Positions 1 to 7,960 of a stretch of 64,000 nucleotides of DNA are shown here, piece by piece. Numbering within the stretch: the first letter of the stretch is position 1; each line of letters starts with the position of its first letter. Below the pieces are notes generated by a model that did no database searches, was not told the origin of the DNA, and saw nothing but the letters and a program-made list of their open reading frames with translations. This stretch comes from an uncultured virus (IMG/VR IMGVR_UViG_3300020183_004466). Taxonomy: Duplodnaviria; Heunggongvirae; Uroviricota; Caudoviricetes. The stretch lies in IMG/VR virus record IMGVR_UViG_3300020183_004466. One strand, given 5' to 3'. The position numbers and the translations under genes are program-made.

Positions 1-611
1 AAGAACTTCCTTCCAACCTCCTGTGGCGCTCCCACAAGACTTGTGAGCTTGTTATGGTCGCAATCGAAACTCCCACCAACCTCCTGTGGCGCTCCCTCAA
101 GACTTGTGAGAGAGTTATAGTGGCACCGGAAATCCCCTCCAACCTCCTGTGGCGCTCCCACAAGACTTGTGAGCTTGTTATGGTCGCAATCGAAACTCCC
201 ACCAACCTCCTGTGGCGCTCCCTCAAGACTTGTGAGCTTGTTATCACCGCAATAGAAACGCTCTCCAACCTTCTGTGGCGCTCCCACAAGACTTGTGAGT
301 CTGTTACAGTAGCAATAGAAACTCCCCGAAACCTCCTGTGGCGCTCCCTTAAGATCTGTGAGCTTGTTATATTCGCAACGGAAATCCCCTCCAACCTTCT
401 GTGGCGCTCCCACAAGGTTTGTGAGCTTGTTACCGCGGCAATAGAAATTCCCAGTAACCACTCCAAACTTAACACCTTTAAAGTCGGTTAAGTTTTTACT
501 GGAACAATTGAAATCTCCTTTAATATCGACTAGTCTTGTCTCCTGATTAAAAGTCCACCTGCCTTTAGCGAACTGGTCTAAAAATTCTATTTGTTCTTTA
601 TTAAGCTTCAT
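1..611 (-). CDS. LRR-like 22-aa repeat protein, family A (3' end outside window)
   Basis: ATG at 611 gives MKLNKEQIEFLDQFAKGRWTFNQETRLVDIKG..., then LTSLxGAPQxVGxxFxCxxN repeats open to the window edge; paralog of 1790, 2407 and 3668 genes; not in ORF track because truncated. Confidence 0.9.
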   Translation of the reverse strand, partial: MKLNKEQIEFLDQFAKGRWTFNQETRLVDIKGDFNCSSKNLTDFKGVKFGVVTGNFYCRGNKLTNLVGAPQKVGGDFRCEYNKLTDLKGAPQEVSGSFYCYCNRLTSLVGAPQKVGERFYCGDNKLTSLEGAPQEVGGSFDCDHNKLTSLVGAPQEVGGDFRCHYNSLTSLEGAPQEVGGSFDCDHNKLTSLVGAPQEVGRKF

Positions 612-615
612 AGCT

Positions 616-652
616 CAAATGTAGAAAATTCTACTTAAAGAAAAAAATGATT
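616..652 (-). promoter_or_regulatory. 37-bp early/host-type promoter repeat
   Basis: minus strand AATCATTTTTTTCTTTAAGTAGAATTTTCTACATTTG ending in Bacteroidota -7 element TAnnTTTG, 4 nt before ATG. Confidence 0.8.
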
Positions 653-653
653 C

Positions 654-1529
654 CTAATCTTCGTCATTACAAGCGATCATATCCCTTAGTTGACTAGCAA
701 CCTCATAGTTCTCATCAGCAACGGCTAACTCTAACATGTAGTCAATTACCACTCTCGGAAAGTCTTCAATGACACCCTTGTTGTAAACCGATTTGATATA
801 AGTCTTCTCGTAATCCTCAAGCTCTTCGACACTCTCAGCCTCGATATCATACACACGGTCTGTGAGATAACTTTCATATCCCGTGATATCAGCGGCCATC
901 TCATAAGCCTCTTCGGAACCACCCTCAGGGATGTTCTGACTAACAATCTCTCCGTTCTCCAAACTGTACTCACCGACATTATGACCAAAATCCTCATCCG
1001 CAAATCTCACATGAAACACAACATCCGGATACTTACGACTTAAAGCCTCCATTACAGGATACGGATTACTCCAAGCCGTATGGAAATAAATTCCATCGTC
1101 TCCGTTCTCGTTGGTGTCATATGCGTTCCACTTAGTACCCCAATTAGCATTACTCCATGAATACCAATCACGGTGTCCGTATAATCGCTCATTATCCAAA
1201 GCCCTCTGAGCCTCTTCGAGATTAGCCGTGCCCTTCTCGAGCATATGATCGATTAAATCTTCTGGTGTCGCAAACTCAGTCGCCCATTGATATCCCATTA
1301 TCTCATTAATCCCCGTGGGATCACCAGCACGATACTTCAAGATAGCAAGTCCGTTACTCGTACTGCTGCCGCTAGTGATATCCAAGCTCTCTGGCCTCGG
1401 AACGATTTTATTAAAATCGATATGTCTGATATTCCCTTCCTCATCAACGGAAATGATCTCACCCTTAATCTGTGCTACCCTCTTGGCGTCGCCTTTGAGA
1501 GTCAAAATGTTTGAAATGTGATTCGGCAT
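654..1529 (-). CDS. DUF1281/YubB ferredoxin-like protein with C-terminal UVR (UvrB/C) motif
   Basis: MPNH start, DWYSW..NWGTKWNA, FHTAWSNP, FADEDFG; C-terminus LAVADENYEVASQLRDMI. Confidence 0.75.
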   Translation of the reverse strand: MPNHISNILTLKGDAKRVAQIKGEIISVDEEGNIRHIDFNKIVPRPESLDITSGSSTSNGLAILKYRAGDPTGINEIMGYQWATEFATPEDLIDHMLEKGTANLEEAQRALDNERLYGHRDWYSWSNANWGTKWNAYDTNENGDDGIYFHTAWSNPYPVMEALSRKYPDVVFHVRFADEDFGHNVGEYSLENGEIVSQNIPEGGSEEAYEMAADITGYESYLTDRVYDIEAESVEELEDYEKTYIKSVYNKGVIEDFPRVVIDYMLELAVADENYEVASQLRDMIACNDED

Positions 1530-1549
1530 TGTCTATTATTTTTACAAAT

Positions 1550-1729
1550 TTAATCTTCTTTTTTCAATAAATCCATAATATCGTCACGCTCGTCCTGAAG
1601 CATTACGTTATTCATATAAGAAACTAAAATATCAACCGCATTCAATCCATGCTCTCCACTAGTCTCTACCATATTAACGAGTAATAACTCTATAGCAAGA
1701 TTTCTTTCCGATTCTTTTGTGTTTTCCAT
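1550..1729 (-). CDS. small hypothetical protein (59 aa)
   Basis: manual translation MENTKESERNLAIELLLVNMVETSGEHG...LLKKED, downstream of promoter repeat 1753-1789 with A-rich leader. Confidence 0.7.
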   Translation of the reverse strand: MENTKESERNLAIELLLVNMVETSGEHGLNAVDILVSYMNNVMLQDERDDIMDLLKKED

Positions 1730-1752
1730 TTTTTTTGTTTTATTGGTTATCT

Positions 1753-1789
1753 CAAATGTAGAAAATTCTATTTAAAGAAAAAAATGATT
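1753..1789 (-). promoter_or_regulatory. 37-bp early promoter repeat
   Basis: near-identical to 616-652. Confidence 0.8.
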
Positions 1790-2365
1790 CTAATTAAAAT
1801 GTCCAAATCGTCCCAACATTGAAATACCCTTTTGTGTGTCTTTAGATAATCTATCGTCCAATCCTCTAGACATCTTCTTCCAATCCCTACTCTTGATCTC
1901 ACTCTTAAGTATCGATAAAGCAAACCAATAATCGATCTTCTTCTCACACATAGTCTCCCACACCAACTCTAACGTCTTCTCTGAGATCGGGTTATCGCCG
2001 CACCAGAAGAAACCTCCCCCAACCTCCTGTGGCGCTCCCACAAGACTTGTGAGCTTGTTACGGGAGCAATAGAAACCCCATCCAACCTTCTGCGGCGCTC
2101 CCTCCAGACTTGTGAGCTTGTTACTGGAGCAATCGAAACCCACTCCAACCTTCTGTGGCGATCCCTCAAGACTTGTGAGAGAGTTATTGGAGCAAATGAA
2201 ATTCCCAGTAACCACTCCAAACTTAACACCTTTAAAGTCGGTTAATTTTTCCGAGGCACAATCGAAACACCCTCCGATGTCAACTAGTCCAGTCTTCTCG
2301 TTAAGAGTCCACACTCCATCAGTGTACTTGTCTAAAAATTCTATTTGTTCTTTATTAAGCTTCAT
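1790..2365 (-). CDS. LRR-like repeat protein, family A (3 full repeats)
   Basis: conserved N-cap, LTSLxGAPQxVG repeats, C-terminus KGISMLGRFGHFN. Confidence 0.9.
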   Translation of the reverse strand: MKLNKEQIEFLDKYTDGVWTLNEKTGLVDIGGCFDCASEKLTDFKGVKFGVVTGNFICSNNSLTSLEGSPQKVGVGFDCSSNKLTSLEGAPQKVGWGFYCSRNKLTSLVGAPQEVGGGFFWCGDNPISEKTLELVWETMCEKKIDYWFALSILKSEIKSRDWKKMSRGLDDRLSKDTQKGISMLGRFGHFN

Positions 2366-2369
2366 ATAT

Positions 2370-2406
2370 CAAATGTAGAAAAATCTACCTAAAGAAAAAA
2401 ATGATT
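2370..2406 (-). promoter_or_regulatory. 37-bp early promoter repeat
   Basis: near-identical to 616-652; TACATTTG 4 nt before ATG. Confidence 0.8.
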
Positions 2407-3612
2407 CTAATTAAAATGTCCAAATCGTCCCAACATTGAAATACCCTTTTGTGCGTCTTTAGATAATCTATCGTCCAACTCTTTAGACAGCTTCTCCCAA
2501 TCCCCACTCTTGATCTCACTCCTAAGTAACGATAAAGCAAACCAATAGTCGACCTTCTTCTCACACATAGTCTCCCGCACCAACTCTAACGTCTTCTCTG
2601 AGATCGGGTTATTGGAGCAAAGGAAACACCCGCCAACCTTCTGTGGCGCTCCCTCAAGACTTGTGAGATTGTTATCGTAGCAAGATAAATCCCCGCCAAC
2701 CTTCTGTGGCGCTCCCTCAAGACTTGTGAGAGAGTTATAGGAGCAAGAGAATCTCCCTCCAACCTTCTGTGGCGCACCCTCAAGACTTGTGAGAGAGTTA
2801 TAGGAGCAATAGAAACTCCCTCCAACCTCCTGTGGCGCTCCCACAAGACTTGTGAGCTTGTTATCGTGGCAATCGAAACTCCCCTCAACCTTCTGTGGCG
2901 CTCCCCTAAGACTTGTGAGATTGTTATTGTGGCAATCGAAACTCCCCTCAACCTTCTGTGGCGCTCCCCTAAGACTTGTGAGATTGTTATAATTGCAAGA
3001 GAAACTCCTTCCAACCTCCTGTGGCGATCCCTCAAGACTTGTGAGCTTGTTATTGCGGCAATAGAAACTCCCTTTAACCTCTTGTGGCGCTCCCTTAAGA
3101 CTTGTGAGCCTGTTATTGGAGCAACCGAAATACCCTCCAACCTCCTGTGGCGCTCCCACAAGACTTGTGAGCTTGTTATCGTGGCAATCGAAACTCCCCT
3201 CAACCTTCTGTGGCGCTCCCCTAAGACTTGTGAGCATGTTATAGGAGCAATCGAAACTCCCCTCAACCTTCTGTGGCGCTCCCCTAAGACTTGTGAGATT
3301 GTTATAATTGCAAGAGAAACTCCTTCCAACCTCCTGTGGCGATCCCTCAAGACTTGTGAGCTTGTTATTGTCGCAAATGAAATCCCATCCAACCTTCTGT
3401 GGCGCTCCCACAAGACTTGTGAGAGAGTTATTGGAGCAACTGAAATTCCTAGTAACCACTCCAAACCGAACACCTTTAAAGTCGGTTAAGTTTTTACTTC
3501 GACAATAGAAATCCCCTTCGATATCGACTAGTCCAGTCTTCTCGTTAAGAGTCCACTTGCTGCCATAAGTGCACTTGTTTAAAAATTCTATTTGTTCTTT
3601 ATTAAGCTCCAT
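2407..3612 (-). CDS. LRR-like repeat protein, family A (about 12 repeats)
   Basis: 66-bp tandem repeats; start moved to ATG 3612 (MELNKEQ) by paralogy. Confidence 0.9.
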   Translation of the reverse strand: MELNKEQIEFLNKCTYGSKWTLNEKTGLVDIEGDFYCRSKNLTDFKGVRFGVVTRNFSCSNNSLTSLVGAPQKVGWDFICDNNKLTSLEGSPQEVGRSFSCNYNNLTSLRGAPQKVEGSFDCSYNMLTSLRGAPQKVEGSFDCHDNKLTSLVGAPQEVGGYFGCSNNRLTSLKGAPQEVKGSFYCRNNKLTSLEGSPQEVGRSFSCNYNNLTSLRGAPQKVEGSFDCHNNNLTSLRGAPQKVEGSFDCHDNKLTSLVGAPQEVGGSFYCSYNSLTSLEGAPQKVGGRFSCSYNSLTSLEGAPQKVGGDLSCYDNNLTSLEGAPQKVGGCFLCSNNPISEKTLELVRETMCEKKVDYWFALSLLRSEIKSGDWEKLSKELDDRLSKDAQKGISMLGRFGHFN

Positions 3613-3630
3613 AGTTATTTGGTTACAATA

Positions 3631-3667
3631 CAAATGTAGAAAAATCTACTTAAAGAAAAAAATGATT
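3631..3667 (-). promoter_or_regulatory. 37-bp early promoter repeat
   Basis: near-identical to 616-652. Confidence 0.8.
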
Positions 3668-4366
3668 CTAATCAAAATGTCCAAACCGTCCCATCATTGA
3701 AATACCCTTTTGTGTGTCTTTAGATAATCTATCGTCCAATCCTCTAGACATCTTCTCCCAATCCTCACTCTCGATCTGGCTCTTAAGTATCGATAAAGCA
3801 AACCAATAGTCGACCTTTTTTTCTTGCATCGTCTTCCACACCAACTCTAACGTCTTTTCTGAGATCGTGTTATCGGAGCACCAGAAACTCCCCTCAACCT
3901 CCTGTGGCGCTCCCACAAGACTTGTGAGCTTGTTACTTGAGCAATAGAAATACCCTCCAACCTTCTGTGGCGCTCCTTCAAGACTTGTGAGCTTGTTATG
4001 GTCGCAATCGAAACTCCAACCAACCTCCTGTGGCGCTCCCTCAAGACTTGTGAGAGAGTTATTGTCGCAATCGAAATTCCCTCCAACCTTCTGTGGCGCT
4101 CCCACAAGACTTGTGAGCTTGTTATTGGAGCAATAGAAATTCCTTCCCACCTTCTGTGGCGCTCCCACAAGACTTGTGAGCTTGTTATGTGAGCAATCGA
4201 AACACCCAGTAACCACTCCAAACTTAATACCCTTAAAACTTGATTCTCCTCGCCTCCCACAATCGAAATCACCTTTAATATCGACCAGTCCAGTCTTCTC
4301 GTTAAGAGTCCACCTGTCTTTAGCGAACTGGTCTAAAAATTCTATTTGTTCTTTATTAAGCTTCAT
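3668..4366 (-). CDS. LRR-like repeat protein, family A (5 repeats)
   Basis: same caps and repeats as paralogs; ends KGISMMGRFGHFD. Confidence 0.9.
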   Translation of the reverse strand: MKLNKEQIEFLDQFAKDRWTLNEKTGLVDIKGDFDCGRRGESSFKGIKFGVVTGCFDCSHNKLTSLVGAPQKVGRNFYCSNNKLTSLVGAPQKVGGNFDCDNNSLTSLEGAPQEVGWSFDCDHNKLTSLEGAPQKVGGYFYCSSNKLTSLVGAPQEVEGSFWCSDNTISEKTLELVWKTMQEKKVDYWFALSILKSQIESEDWEKMSRGLDDRLSKDTQKGISMMGRFGHFD

Positions 4367-4370
4367 ATAT

Positions 4371-4407
4371 CAAATGTAGAAAAATCTACCTAAAGAAAAA
4401 AATGATT
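4371..4407 (-). promoter_or_regulatory. 37-bp early promoter repeat
   Basis: identical to 2370-2406. Confidence 0.8.
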
Positions 4408-4937
4408 TAGGAAGCTTTTGGATCGTACTTAGATAATATTTTTAAAACCCGATCCCGATGCTTACTCTCGTATATGCTCATGAAAGTCAACCAATGGGCA
4501 AACTGTAGTCTCTCGGCAAAAAGCAAATCCGGGGTTTTAAAAGGAGCTCCAACTGAGAGTTTACCGATGAGCTCTCGTAATCCACCAAGAGAAATTTGCA
4601 GCTGCATAAAAGCATCCGGGTCGATTCCGTCTACCAATTGTTTAAACTTGACATCCGTCTTACCTTCGATATCTTCAACATCCACACCGAAGAATTCTCC
4701 GCTTCCCATACGTCCACCTAAATCCTGATACAACTTATTATGTACACGAGACATTTCTTCATATACACTCTGAAGCTCTTCCCGCATCCGGTCAAATCGT
4801 GCATCGCTCTTTTCCAACACGGCAGTTGAGATACCTAATATACGTCCCATACGCTTGCTCACGTCGTTACCCTCGTAAAAGTGATCTGCGATGTTTCTTG
4901 AAACCGCTAATGCCGCTGTCTTGGTTGTGTCTTTCAT
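4407..4937 (-). CDS. hypothetical protein
   Basis: 176-aa ORF behind promoter motif 4952-4988. Confidence 0.75.
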   Translation of the reverse strand: MKDTTKTAALAVSRNIADHFYEGNDVSKRMGRILGISTAVLEKSDARFDRMREELQSVYEEMSRVHNKLYQDLGGRMGSGEFFGVDVEDIEGKTDVKFKQLVDGIDPDAFMQLQISLGGLRELIGKLSVGAPFKTPDLLFAERLQFAHWLTFMSIYESKHRDRVLKILSKYDPKAS

Positions 4938-4951
4938 AATCTCCTTTTCTG

Positions 4952-4988
4952 TAAATGTAGAAATTTCTTATAAAACAAAAAAATGATT
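4952..4988 (-). promoter_or_regulatory. early promoter (TAcaTTTA variant)
   Basis: AATCATTTTTT...CTACATTTA with the same 37-bp span. Confidence 0.7.
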
Positions 4989-5154
4989 TCCAAAAAATTC
5001 CAATCCGAGGGGAAAATTTCTATCCCCGGGGGTTCCACAGGAACCGCGATTCCGAGAGATGTCCGAACACTTTCCGCTCGGATTCCGAACGAGTTCCGAG
5101 CGGCATCCCGCTGGGATTTTCTTGGAATCTCTGGGATTTCCGAATTTCCTCGCA

Positions 5155-5243
5155 CAACAAAAAACCGAGTCCTTTTGAGACTCGGTCTTATGATAACCAA
5201 TTATAAACCTAAATAATACGGAAAACAAAGATATGTTTTACAA
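5155..5243 (-). ncRNA. candidate U-rich small RNA (~85 nt)
   Basis: promoter motif 5246-5282 followed by an ATG-free U-rich stretch and hairpin ACCGAGTC..GACTCGGT plus U-tract. Confidence 0.45.
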
Positions 5244-5245
5244 AG

Positions 5246-5282
5246 CAAATGTACGCTTACTTTACCGAATAAAAAAACAATT
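5246..5282 (-). promoter_or_regulatory. early promoter
   Basis: AATTGTTTTTTT...GTACATTTG, 37-bp span. Confidence 0.6.
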
Positions 5283-5298
5283 CTCGGATAAATATCAT

Positions 5299-5751
5299 AT
5301 GAAACGTATAAAATCATTCGGAACTCTTTCGGAATCCACATCGGACACCCCAGTTTACACATCGAGACTCTCCAGCTACAAGAAAAATGACAGGCCCACT
5401 CAGATAGACACCTATGACGAACCCAAGTCCCTATATGGCATGAACGTCACAGACGGGAAGGTGGAATGGACACTACAAATCCAACACTTCAACTACGGAA
5501 TAGACATAGGACACGAAGGAGCAAGAATTAAATCCCTAACACTCCACATCGAGAAGGACGACGAATACACAGGAGAACCAGAGGAAGACACTATAGAACT
5601 CACGGAAGAAGACATCAACCACGAGAATCTAAAATACGAAGTAAACCAATTTCCTCTAGACCTGGACGCAATAGAGATCGATATGAATCAATCAGAAGAT
5701 CCCAAAGACTGGAACATCACACTAAAGATAGGAAGAATCTCTGACTATTAG
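5299..5751 (+). CDS. acidic hypothetical protein with CTS-like N-terminus
   Basis: likely start MKRIKSFGTLSES at 5299, 4 nt after GATAAATA. Confidence 0.75.
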   Translation: MKRIKSFGTLSESTSDTPVYTSRLSSYKKNDRPTQIDTYDEPKSLYGMNVTDGKVEWTLQIQHFNYGIDIGHEGARIKSLTLHIEKDDEYTGEPEEDTIELTEEDINHENLKYEVNQFPLDLDAIEIDMNQSEDPKDWNITLKIGRISDY

Positions 5752-5809
5752 AAAATTCCACACACGTACGCGCACATCCGCACGGGGTCCCCGGTACATC
5801 CCCCCACTA

Positions 5810-5840
5810 AAAAGACCAGCCCGAAAGACTGGTCTTTTCT
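5810..5840. terminator. bidirectional intrinsic terminator
   Basis: AAAAGACCAG...CTGGTCTTTT between convergent genes. Confidence 0.75.
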
Positions 5841-5865
5841 TTTTATAATCTCGAGGGGTGTGAGA

Positions 5866-6540
5866 TTAGTTTGTCATTTTAACTTCCATGCCCTCAGCGG
5901 TAACGTTCAGTGTGACATTAACACCAAACTCTTTAACTAGCTTAGCTAAATCCGCAAGATCAATATTGCTAGTTGGCTTAACCGGCTCAGCAACTTTAAT
6001 CTCGCCCTGCTTATTCTCAGCAGCCATCACTAGCACATCAGCAACCAACTCAGGAGTACTCATCACGTTCGCCAATGGCTTACGTACTCTCTTAATTCCA
6101 GTAGGCGGAACAAATCGATCTCCATCAGAGATAAATCCATCCTCTACCAACTTACTCTTCTGACACATGATAGATGCAGGGGTTCTTCCTAGCAAATCTG
6201 TAGTCTCCTTAATAGTCATCTTACTAAGAACCGCGTCCCGTAATAACTCATTCTCAGTATCAGTCCATCTGTAGTTAGCTCGATTGTAAGTGGGAGACGA
6301 CTTAGATGTTCTAATCTTTCTAGCATCTGATTTAATCCCCTCTCTCTTTACTAACAAAGGGTTGTTGCTTCTCTTACCTTTAAGATGAAAACCTCTAGGA
6401 CGCACCTTGTCGCCTAACCATCTGCGTAAACTCTCGGAGTTAATATCAAACTCCTTGGAAACCTCTCTCAAGGTTTTACCATCAGCTACATATGATCTCA
6501 TAGCAGCCACTCTTACATTTTTTGGAATCTTCTTTCCCAT
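5866..6540 (-). CDS. putative DNA-binding protein (HTH plus Myb/SANT-like repeat)
   Basis: GKTLREVSKEFDINSESLRRW HTH; RWTDTENELL...LGRTPASI. Confidence 0.65.
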   Translation of the reverse strand: MGKKIPKNVRVAAMRSYVADGKTLREVSKEFDINSESLRRWLGDKVRPRGFHLKGKRSNNPLLVKREGIKSDARKIRTSKSSPTYNRANYRWTDTENELLRDAVLSKMTIKETTDLLGRTPASIMCQKSKLVEDGFISDGDRFVPPTGIKRVRKPLANVMSTPELVADVLVMAAENKQGEIKVAEPVKPTSNIDLADLAKLVKEFGVNVTLNVTAEGMEVKMTN

Positions 6541-6558
6541 ATATTAAAATTAAATTGT

Positions 6559-6918
6559 TTACAAATCTTCAACGAAGAACATCGCCATCGTTATTCTCTT
6601 ACCATTAGCTCGGGCAATCTGACGGGCAACACCAGCTATCTCCTTCGCCTTATCCCTCGGACTCACCTCAGAACTTACTGGGATATTCACCTCTCCACTC
6701 TTAGTCTTCACCTTAACACTCTTAGTCTTCTTCACTCTCTTCTCGGACAATCCCATCGCACTCTTCTGATACTGTACCGCAGCAGGGGTTCTACCAAGAG
6801 CCTCTGCGATCTCCTTGATACTCTTACCACTCTTGTACATACCCTTCAGAGTCTTACGATCATCCTTAGTCCATGCAGTGGAATCATTAGAAGGAGTTTC
6901 TTTTTTCTTTATAATCAT
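6559..6918 (-). CDS. Myb/GcrA-like HTH DNA-binding protein
   Basis: WTKDDRKTL..GKSIKEIAEALGRTPAAV; related to the second domain of 5866-6540. Confidence 0.65.
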   Translation of the reverse strand: MIIKKKETPSNDSTAWTKDDRKTLKGMYKSGKSIKEIAEALGRTPAAVQYQKSAMGLSEKRVKKTKSVKVKTKSGEVNIPVSSEVSPRDKAKEIAGVARQIARANGKRITMAMFFVEDL

Positions 6919-6951
6919 AACCTTTTACTTTTTTTGTTTTTAGATTTTATG

Positions 6952-6988
6952 CAAATCTAGAAGTTCTCTTCAGAAGAAAAAAATGATT
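6952..6988 (-). promoter_or_regulatory. early promoter
   Basis: AATCATTTTTTT...CTAGATTTG. Confidence 0.75.
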
Positions 6989-6989
6989 T

Positions 6990-7945
6990 CTGAATTTTCC
7001 TACAATTCCCACATCTCTCTATTACATACGGACTCCCGGGACGCACCCGAGATCGCCCCCGCATACGCATACACACACGGGGGTTTCCAAGAGTTTCCAA
7101 GAAATTCCCGGGGTATCTCAGGGATTCCCAGGAAGTTCCCCGAAGATCCATCCTAGATATCCAGGAGATTCCCCGAAATTCCCAGATAATCGCCCGCTCG
7201 AGACCGCGTGGGGTCCCCCTGGGGGCCTTCTGAGGCGCACGTAGAAAGAGGGTTTAACCTCGATCACTTTGTGGTATATTCTACGGGCCTTCTACCAGGG
7301 AGTTCTGTGGGATCTTTTCAGGGAATATCTAGGAGTATTTTAGCTGCACGGGACGCTGAGAAAATCCCCTTGTAGGTCTATCTATTAACTACGTGTATAC
7401 GTGTGAGCGCGGGGTCATCCATACGTCCCCTTCTCTATACAGTATGTGTGGATGTTCTCTATACAGTAGGGATAGGTGTCTATATAGGTATGTGAGTGAT
7501 GTATACTATGTGTAGGGTAGTGATTCTTTTTGTTTTGTGTGTTTTAATTATGGTTGGTGTATTATTAGGTGTATGTGTATACTGTATAGAGGTGTGTATA
7601 TGTATAGAGAGATGTATATAGATAGTAGTTATTAGTAGGTGTTAATAGATGATAGTAGTGATGGGATTATTGTCTATAAGAGCGGGGGCATGATTGGGGG
7701 ATTTTTGGTGTTTAGTCCCCCCTCGGAAAGGGTGGAAAATTCGGGATTTATTTTGGAGATTTTGGTGGAAAATTCGGGGGACTAAACGGGGATTTTTCTA
7801 TTCCGCGCTTTGTGGATGTTTAAGCTAAGATAATGAGGAGGAGGCGAGGCGAAATGGAAAAATGAGGCGAAATTGGGTAGTGAAAACGGGGCGAAACGGG
7901 GCAAGTGAGGCGAGTGTTGCCTCGGTGGATGAGGAGGGTATTGAA
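6990..7945. other. non-coding control region, candidate replication origin
   Basis: no credible ORF; divergent transcription; + strand changes from C/A-rich to G/T-rich; short direct and inverted repeats. Confidence 0.5.
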
Positions 7946-7948
7946 ATG

Positions 7949-7956
7949 GATATATA
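7949..7956 (+). promoter_or_regulatory. late-type promoter motif GATATATA
   Basis: 4 nt before ATG 7961; motif recurs upstream of more than 12 genes. Confidence 0.55.
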
Positions 7957-7960
7957 GAGT

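Noticed and set aside
54..4272. Long alternative-frame and antisense ORFs (54-491, 2586-3473, 2866-3489, 3847-4272 and others)
   Set aside because: By-products of stop-free 66-bp repeats overlapping the real LRR genes.
616..4407. 37-bp repeats as a CRISPR array (TTTCTAC recalls Cas12a repeats)
   Set aside because: The spacers are whole genes of 0.6-1.2 kb, the repeat contains a promoter box, and no cas genes are visible.
4934..5228. ORFs 4934-5200, 4968-5228, 4983-5216 (and 6957-7151)
   Set aside because: They cross promoter and terminator elements in GC-rich patterned DNA, with atypical composition.
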